Assembly: GCA_963844715.1 (NCBI GenBank)
Contig: CAWJPJ010000006.1
Coordinates: 448,001-512,000 of the forward strand
Reading direction: 5' to 3'
Length of the DNA: 64,000 nucleotides
Origin: an uncultured Phycisphaerales bacterium
GTDB taxonomy: Bacteria; Planctomycetota; Phycisphaerae; Tepidisphaerales; Tepidisphaeraceae
The notes under the pieces are model-generated. The model was not told the DNA's origin. It saw nothing but the letters and a program-made list of their open reading frames with translations, and searched no databases. Both the position numbers and the translations under genes were made by a program. This document shows, piece after piece, positions 57,586-64,000 of this stretch (position 1 is its first letter; the number at the start of each line of letters is the position of its first letter).

Positions 57586-59063
57586 GCCGCCTCCCCAAAA
57601 GCCAGCTTGAGCACCGCATGCTCGGAAAATTCGCCGCGATTGAGAATTCCGGCGATCTGGCCCTCGCGCATGACCATGATTCGATCACTAATCCCCAGTA
57701 CCTCCTCCATATCGCTGGAGATGGCGATCACCGCCACTCCTGAATCAGCCAGCTCGCGCAACAGCCGGTAAATCTCCGCTTTCGCCCCGACATCAATCCC
57801 GCCGCGTCGGCTCGTCCACAATCAAAATCTTCGGCCCGCACGCCAACCATTTGGCCACGACCACTTTCTGCTGATTCCCTCCCGAAAGATTCGCCACCCG
57901 CGCCTCGATCCCCGCCGTTTTGATCCGAAGCCGCTGCACTTCCCTCTTTGCAAGCCCCCTCTCGATCTTCGATCTCACGATTCCCAACGTCGCACATCGC
58001 CCCAATTGCGGCAGAGAAATATTCTCCCCAACGCTCGAATCCAGCAGCAACCCAAACCGCCGCCGGTCTTCAGGAACCAGATAAATTCCCGCCGCGATGG
58101 CGTCCGTCGCGCTGGCGATATGCAGCTTTGTCCCATCCAGACTGATTTCCCCCTCCAAGAGCGGCTCAACCCCAAACAATCCCGCCGCCAATTCCGATCT
58201 CCCCGCACCAACCAGCCCGGCGATGCCCAGTATTTCGCCCCCCGCCGCCGTGAAACTCACCCGAGCCTTCGGCCACGCCGCCGTTCGCGCCTCCCGCACT
58301 TCCACTCGTGGCCGGGGCGCTCTCTTCGGCGGAATATGCAAATCAGAAAGCTCCCGCCCGATCATGAGCCGCACCATCTTCTCGTGCGAAATCTCCGTTC
58401 GAGAAAGCCCCCCCGCATTCTTTCCGTCGCGCAGGGCGACAACGCGATGGGCGATCTGCCTGATCTCTCCAAGCCGGTGCGAGATGTAAACGATGGCCAC
58501 CCCCGCCGCGCTCAGTTCCTTGACGACCTCTAGCAGCCGCTGCGTCTCCGTATTCGTCAAAGAACTGCTCGGCTCGTCGAGAATTAATATCCGCGCGTCC
58601 AGCGACAAGGCTTTAGCGATTTCCGCCATCTGCCTTTGCGCCAGCGACAACTCCGCCAGCGCCGTCCTCGGCGAAATCCGCAAGCCCAATCGCTCCAAAT
58701 GCGGCCGGCTGCGGCGTTCCATCGCTCTGCCATCCAGAAACCATCCCAATCGCCTCGGCTCGCGCCCAAAAACAGATTTCCCGCCACGTCCAGGTTATCC
58801 AGCAGATTCAGTTCCTGATGAACAAACCCGATCCCCAGGCCGACCGAATCGGACACCGAGCGAATCTGCACCGGCTTCTCATCCAGTAGAATCGATCCCC
58901 CATCCGGAGCGACCACGCCCCCAAGAATATTCATCAGCGTAGATTTCCCCGCGCCGTTCTCCCCTATGACGGCCAGGACTTCCCCTCGATTGAGCGAAAG
59001 ATTCACGCGGTCCAGCGCAACCACGCCTCCGAATCGTTTACTGATCGCCAGCAACTTGAGCAT
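57582..59063 (-). CDS. Monosaccharide ABC transporter ATPase (RbsA-like, two ABC domains; frameshifted)
   Basis: [37 protein letters not shown]. Confidence 0.93.
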
Positions 59064-60040
59064 CAGCGCCCGCGCAATTGATTCAGCTTGGCAGTGAAAT
59101 CGTCCACGTTGGTCGCATCGACCGCCAGCGTGGGAGTGAAAATCTGTTTGCCCGGCGGAACCACGGACTGATCGCCGCCAAGATACTTTGCCATCAGCGT
59201 GATCGCCTGATGCCCGAATTCGTATGGCTGCTGCACCACCGTGGCGAATATCGCCCCGGATTTGACCCCCGCCAAGGTCTCGTCCTCTTCGTCAAAACAC
59301 ACGATCTTCACTTTCCCGACTTTCCCCGCATCCTTCACCGCGCTCAAAATCGCCGGGCCGTTGTAACTCCAAAGCCCCACGAGAGCCGCCGCGTCCGGAT
59401 TATTCACCAGCGTATCGGCCGCGTTTGCCTTGGCCCGCACGCGATCCGAATCATCCGTGCGCACGTCGATGATGGAGATGTTCGTCCCATCCAGCGCCTG
59501 TTTGATGCCGGAATACCGATCCTTCGCGTTCTGCGCATCGAGCGTCCCGACGAAAAGCATGATCTTTCCGCCGTTGGGCAACGCCTTCTTGATCAGTTCC
59601 CCGGCCAGTTTCCCGGCGTCGACGTTATTCGTGCCGACATAACAAACCCGGTCGCTGTCCGCCGCATCCGAATCATGGCAGAAGAGAAGCGTCTGCTTCG
59701 CCACCTCGTTCAGCTTCGGCGTTTCATTCGTCGGATCGACGGGCGAGATCGAAATGCCATCCACCCCCTTGGCCAAAAGATCGTCGATAATGCGCACCTG
59801 CGTGGCGGCCGTCCCGTCGCCGGGAATCTGAAAATCGACTTGAATGTTGGGAAGCTCCGCCTGAGCCTTCATGCACCCCGCCCGGGCGATCGTCCAGAAG
59901 TCGGAAGCATTATTCGTCACGAACGCCAGATGGAGAATTTTCGGCCCCGCCTGCGGCGCGCTGGATGATGATTTCCCACACCCCGCAAATAGAGTTAGAG
60001 CGAGAACCGCCCAGCCGCCCAGCGCGATCGATCTGGCCAT
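59063..60040 (-). CDS. Sugar ABC transporter substrate-binding lipoprotein
   Basis: Lipobox FAGC, FVTNNASDFW, YVGTNN, FDE, VQQPYEFG. Confidence 0.92.
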   Translation of the reverse strand: MARSIALGGWAVLALTLFAGCGKSSSSAPQAGPKILHLAFVTNNASDFWTIARAGCMKAQAELPNIQVDFQIPGDGTAATQVRIIDDLLAKGVDGISISPVDPTNETPKLNEVAKQTLLFCHDSDAADSDRVCYVGTNNVDAGKLAGELIKKALPNGGKIMLFVGTLDAQNAKDRYSGIKQALDGTNISIIDVRTDDSDRVRAKANAADTLVNNPDAAALVGLWSYNGPAILSAVKDAGKVGKVKIVCFDEEDETLAGVKSGAIFATVVQQPYEFGHQAITLMAKYLGGDQSVVPPGKQIFTPTLAVDATNVDDFTAKLNQLRGR

Positions 60041-60175
60041 GTTGTGCCGCTCCTCAGCCACCTTCGCCGGCGAATTGACCCCGCAAAGAATACGGCCGCG
60101 CCTCCCCCTGTTCAAGCAAAAGTCCCGGCAGGTGCTCGTCTTGCGGCAAGGGTCTCGCCCGTTTACATTTCCGAA

Positions 60176-61317
60176 ATGCGGGAGTCCTTCTGGCGGGCCA
60201 TTCGGCTTTGCTCGTTATTACTGGCGATATCTTTGGCCCTCACCGGCTGCAAGAAACAACAGACCCAAAGCAATGAAATCCTCGTCGGAGAATATGGCTC
60301 CCTCACCGGTTCCACGGCCGTTTTCGGGCAAGGCACGCATAACGGCATCATGCTCGCCGTCGATCAGGTCAACGCCGCCGGCGGTTTGCTCGGGAAACCC
60401 GTGCAGCGTCATCACCGAGGACGATGAGGGGAATCAGGACGAAGCCGTTTCTGTCGTGAAGAAATTGATCGATCTCGACGGCGTCTGCGGAATCCTCGGC
60501 GAAGTCGCCAGCACGCGCAGCCTCGCCGGCGGCGGCGTCTGCGAGCAGGAACATGTGCCGATGATCTCCCCGTCCAGCACGAACCCCGACGTCACCAAGG
60601 ATCGAAAGTACGTCTTCCGGGTCTGCTTCACGGACGATTTCCAGGGTTCCGTCGGGCGCGCAATTTGCCGTCAAAAAGGGATGGAAGAAAGTCGCGATCC
60701 TTTCCAGCGCCAATTCCGATTACAGCAAAAAGCTTTCCTACTTTTTTAAGCAATCATTTGTTCAATACGGCCAGATCGTGGCCGAGGAAACCTACAACGA
60801 CGGCGACACGAATTTCGCCCCCCAGCTTACGCGCATTCGCGCCGCCAATCCCGACGCCGTCTATCTTCCCGGTTATTACACCGAGATTGGATTGATCCTG
60901 AAGCAGGCGCGCGACTTGGGGATCACCTGCCCCTTCTTCGGCGGCGACGGCTGGGACGGCGTCACCCTGGATAAAAACTCCGACGGCTGTTTCTTCACCA
61001 ATCACTATTCCCCCGAAGACCCGCGGCCCAGCGTGCAGGCCTTCATCAAAGACTACGAAGCCAAATATAACGGCCAGGTGCCGGATGCCTTCGGCATCAC
61101 CGGCTACGATGCCGCCAACGTGATGTTCGACGCCATCCGCCGCGCCGGCTCGACCGATCGCGACGCCATCACCGCCGCTATCGCTTCGACGACCAATTTC
61201 CCCGGCGCCGGCGGGTCCATCACCATCGACGCAAATCACAACGCCAAGAAACCAATCTGCATTCTGGAAATCAGCGGCGGCGCCACGCACCTTGCGGACA
61301 CCATCCAGCCGCAGTAA
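60176..61317 (+). CDS. Branched-chain amino acid ABC substrate-binding lipoprotein (LivK/LivJ-like, frameshifted)
   Basis: Lipobox LTGC, VNAAGGLLGK, PSSTNPDVT, FRVCFTDDFQG, GGDGWD, GYDA. Confidence 0.88.
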
Positions 61318-61322
61318 CCCCC

Positions 61323-62255
61323 ATGGACATCCTGTTGCAGCAATTGATCAACGGACTCGCCATCGGCGCGGTCTACGCCCTGATCGCGCTGGGATACACG
61401 ATGGTCTATGGCGTCCTCAAATTCATCAACTTCGCCCACGGCGACGTTTACATGGTCGGCGCGGTCATCGGCTACGCCCTGGCCGTCTTTTTTTTGCACG
61501 CCGGCGCGCCGCCAGGTGTCACCCTCACCCTCATCTTCCTCGGCGCGATGCTCGGCTGCGCCATTCTGGGCTTCTTCATCGAACTCCTCTGCTACCGCCC
61601 GCTGAGAAACCGCCCGCGCCTGGTCGCCCTTATCACCGCCATCGGCGTCTCGCTTCTGCTGGAAAATTTCTTCCAAAATCCCGCGATCTTCGGCGCCAAT
61701 CCGCGCACCATGCCACACATGTTCGACATTAAGCCGGTGTTCATTTTCCACGTCGGCTCATCGCCGAATCCGGTCACGGTCAACAATCTCGATCTGATCA
61801 GCTTCTGCCTTTGCTTGGTTTTAATGATCGGGCTCACCTGGTTCGTCCTCAAAACCCGCACCGGCCTGGCTCTTCGCGCCGTCTCCTTCCGATTCGACAC
61901 AGCCTCCCTCATGGGCATCAACACTGACTGGGTCATCTCCGTAACCTTCATGCTCGGCTCGGCGCTCGCGGCGGTCGCCGGCGTCGTCGACGCAATGCGC
62001 TATCACGTCGAGCCCCTCATGGGCCTGACCCAGGGCATCAAGGCGTTCGTAGCCGCGGTCCTCGGCGGCATCGGCAGCATCCCCGGCGCCGTCTTGGGCG
62101 GCTTCCTCATGGGCCTGGTCGAAACCCTCCTTAAAGGCTATCTCCCCAGCGCCTACACAGGCTATTCCGACGCCGCGTCCTTTTTCGTTCTCATTCTGAT
62201 TCTGCTCATTCGCCCGACGGGCCTGCTGGGTAGGCCCATGACGGAAAAAGTCTAG
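61323..62255 (+). CDS. livH: Branched-chain amino acid ABC permease
   Basis: YALIALGYTMVYGVLKFINFAHG, KAFVAAVLGGIGS, RPTGLLG. Confidence 0.93.
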   Translation: MDILLQQLINGLAIGAVYALIALGYTMVYGVLKFINFAHGDVYMVGAVIGYALAVFFLHAGAPPGVTLTLIFLGAMLGCAILGFFIELLCYRPLRNRPRLVALITAIGVSLLLENFFQNPAIFGANPRTMPHMFDIKPVFIFHVGSSPNPVTVNNLDLISFCLCLVLMIGLTWFVLKTRTGLALRAVSFRFDTASLMGINTDWVISVTFMLGSALAAVAGVVDAMRYHVEPLMGLTQGIKAFVAAVLGGIGSIPGAVLGGFLMGLVETLLKGYLPSAYTGYSDAASFFVLILILLIRPTGLLGRPMTEKV

Positions 62256-62262
62256 CCAAGCC

Positions 62263-63306
62263 ATGAGCGCTCCTCGCCTCCCAATCTCTCCCACCATGAT
62301 CCACCCTCGGCGGGTTCCCGTCTGGGTCACGAATCTCGCCATCGCCATCGCCATCGTCGCCCTATGGCCCTTGAGCAACGCCTTCGAAAATAATCTCGAC
62401 CCCTATTTCCTCGATCTTCTCATCCACATCGGCATCGCCATCATTTTGGCCGTCAGTCTGAATCTCATTAACGGAATCACCGGACAATTCTCTCTCGGGC
62501 ACGCCGGGTTCATGGCCGTCGGCGCCTATACCGGCGGCATTCTCCTGAAGCATTACGATCCGCACGGCGCGGCACTGCCGGTGGTATTCCTGGGCCTAAT
62601 GCTCCTGGGCGGTCTCGCCGCCGCGGCGGCGGGGGTCATCGTCGGCGTCCCGACCCTCCGCCTGCGCGGCGACTATCTGGCCATCGCCACCCTCGGGTTC
62701 GGGCAAATCATCACCGTCATTCTCAACCAGATCGATTCCATCGGCTCTTTCGAAGTCGGCGGCTCCGCCGGGCTTCACAACATCCCCATCGTCGCCAACT
62801 TTTTCTGGACCTATCTGGCCGCCCTTCTTTGCATCGTGACCATTGGACGATTGGTCTATTCTCAAAAAGGCCGGCCGTTCTTCGCTGTCCGGGAGGATGA
62901 GATCGCCGCCGCCGCGATGGGGGTCGACACGACGTATTACAAAGTCGCCGCGTTCGTCATCGGCGCGTTCTTCGCCGGCACCGCAGGCGTTCTCTCGGCC
63001 ACCGTCTCGGGAAATCTCGACCCAGCCAGCTTCAACTTCGTCCGCTCCATCGAAATCGTCATGATGGTGGTCATCGGCGGCTCCGGCAGCATCACCGGCT
63101 CGATCCTGGCCGCCATCATCCTCACCATCCTCCCCGAATACCTCCGAGGCCTCGAATCCTGGCGGCTGGTCATCTACGCCCTCATCCTCATCATCATGAT
63201 GCTCGTCCGACCCGAAGGCGTTTTAGGCAACCGCGAACTCTGGCCCACGCCGCCGAAAACTGCGCCGTGGTTGCGCCGTAAATATGCCGCTGCTCGAAAT
63301 CAATAA
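62263..63306 (+). CDS. livM: Branched-chain amino acid ABC permease
   Basis: TGQFSLGHAGFMAVGAY, LRLRGDYLAIATLGF, AVREDEIAA. Confidence 0.93.
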   Translation: MSAPRLPISPTMIHPRRVPVWVTNLAIAIAIVALWPLSNAFENNLDPYFLDLLIHIGIAIILAVSLNLINGITGQFSLGHAGFMAVGAYTGGILLKHYDPHGAALPVVFLGLMLLGGLAAAAAGVIVGVPTLRLRGDYLAIATLGFGQIITVILNQIDSIGSFEVGGSAGLHNIPIVANFFWTYLAALLCIVTIGRLVYSQKGRPFFAVREDEIAAAAMGVDTTYYKVAAFVIGAFFAGTAGVLSATVSGNLDPASFNFVRSIEIVMMVVIGGSGSITGSILAAIILTILPEYLRGLESWRLVIYALILIIMMLVRPEGVLGNRELWPTPPKTAPWLRRKYAAARNQ

Positions 63307-64000
63307 CCTCGGCATCCGATTCGGCGGTCTTCAAGCCCTCTCCGATTTCAACTTCTCCCTGGACCAGGACCAGCTCGTCGGCCTCATCGGCCCCAACGGC
63401 GCGGGCAAAACCACCGTCTTCAATATCGTCACCGGCGTCTATCAGCCCGACACCGGCGATGTCCTCCTCTGCGGAAAATCCATCGCCGGCGAAAAGCCGT
63501 TCCGCATCAATCGACTCGGCATCGCCCGCACCTTCCAAAACATCCGCCTCTTCGGCGGCATGACCGTGCTCGACAACGTCATGATCGGCTTCAACCAATC
63601 CGTCGCCCACGGCTTCCTCGGAACCATCCTCCGCACCCCCGAACAACAGCGCGAGGACCGCGAGCACGAGGATAAAGCGATCGAACTTCTGCGCGTCTTC
63701 GATCTATTGGAAAGAATGAACGACCCCGCCAGCACCCTCGCCTACGGCCCGCAAAGAAGGCTCGAAATCGCCCGCGCCCTGGCCACGCGCCCCAAGATTC
63801 TGCTTCTCGACGAACCCGCCGCCGGGATGAACCCGCGCGAGAAGGCTGAGCTGATGGACTTAATCGCCCTGGTGCGCAAGCAATTCGCCGTCGGCCTATG
63901 GCTCATCGAGCACGATATGAAGCTCGTCATGAGCATTTGCGAGCGGATCACGGTTCTGGATCACGGCGAAACCATCGCCGTGGGAACGCCGTCCGAAATC
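63284..64000 (+). CDS. livG: Branched-chain amino acid ABC ATPase (runs off the window edge)
   Basis: Own translation: MPLLEINNLGIRFGGLQAL...IGPNGAGKTT...ARTFQNIRLF...LLLDEPAAGMN...IEHDM. Confidence 0.92.
   Translation, partial: MPLLEINNLGIRFGGLQALSDFNFSLDQDQLVGLIGPNGAGKTTVFNIVTGVYQPDTGDVLLCGKSIAGEKPFRINRLGIARTFQNIRLFGGMTVLDNVMIGFNQSVAHGFLGTILRTPEQQREDREHEDKAIELLRVFDLLERMNDPASTLAYGPQRRLEIARALATRPKILLLDEPAAGMNPREKAELMDLIALVRKQFAVGLWLIEHDMKLVMSICERITVLDHGETIAVGTPSEI

Overview
GC-rich bacterial chromosomal segment; a planctomycete (Phycisphaerae/Tepidisphaerales-like) origin is an inference from the PEP-CTERM proteins, the GroEL/Tig style and the repeat types. Most genes are housekeeping or metabolic: xylA, nfo, groES-groEL, scpB, typA, gndA, tig, hisS, adk, ppk2, recQ, tRNA-Ala(TGC), tRNA-Arg(TCT), a TonB-dependent receptor/TonB/ExbBD operon, sugar and branched-chain amino acid ABC transporters, GH28, GH51, a glycogen debranching enzyme, two TPR glycosyltransferases, two PEP-CTERM-type proteins and a RedB-like/hybrid kinase pair. 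More than 20 genes carry single-base frameshifts, most likely uncorrected long-read errors, so those coordinates are reconstructed across frames. Mobile DNA comprises a complete IS5 (IS1031-like) element, a complete IS630 element and a REP-associated Y1 tyrosine transposase (RAYT) flanked by its own REP palindromes. The most striking unexplained signals are: (1) intergenic spaces densely filled with several families of inverted-repeat elements whose arms are degenerate tandem repeats of period 6, 7, 8 or 9-10 nt, two of them hit by the IS elements; (2) a 277 bp inverted doublet upstream of typA whose two units show compensatory base changes; (3) an MIT-like/Vps4-like AAA ATPase.
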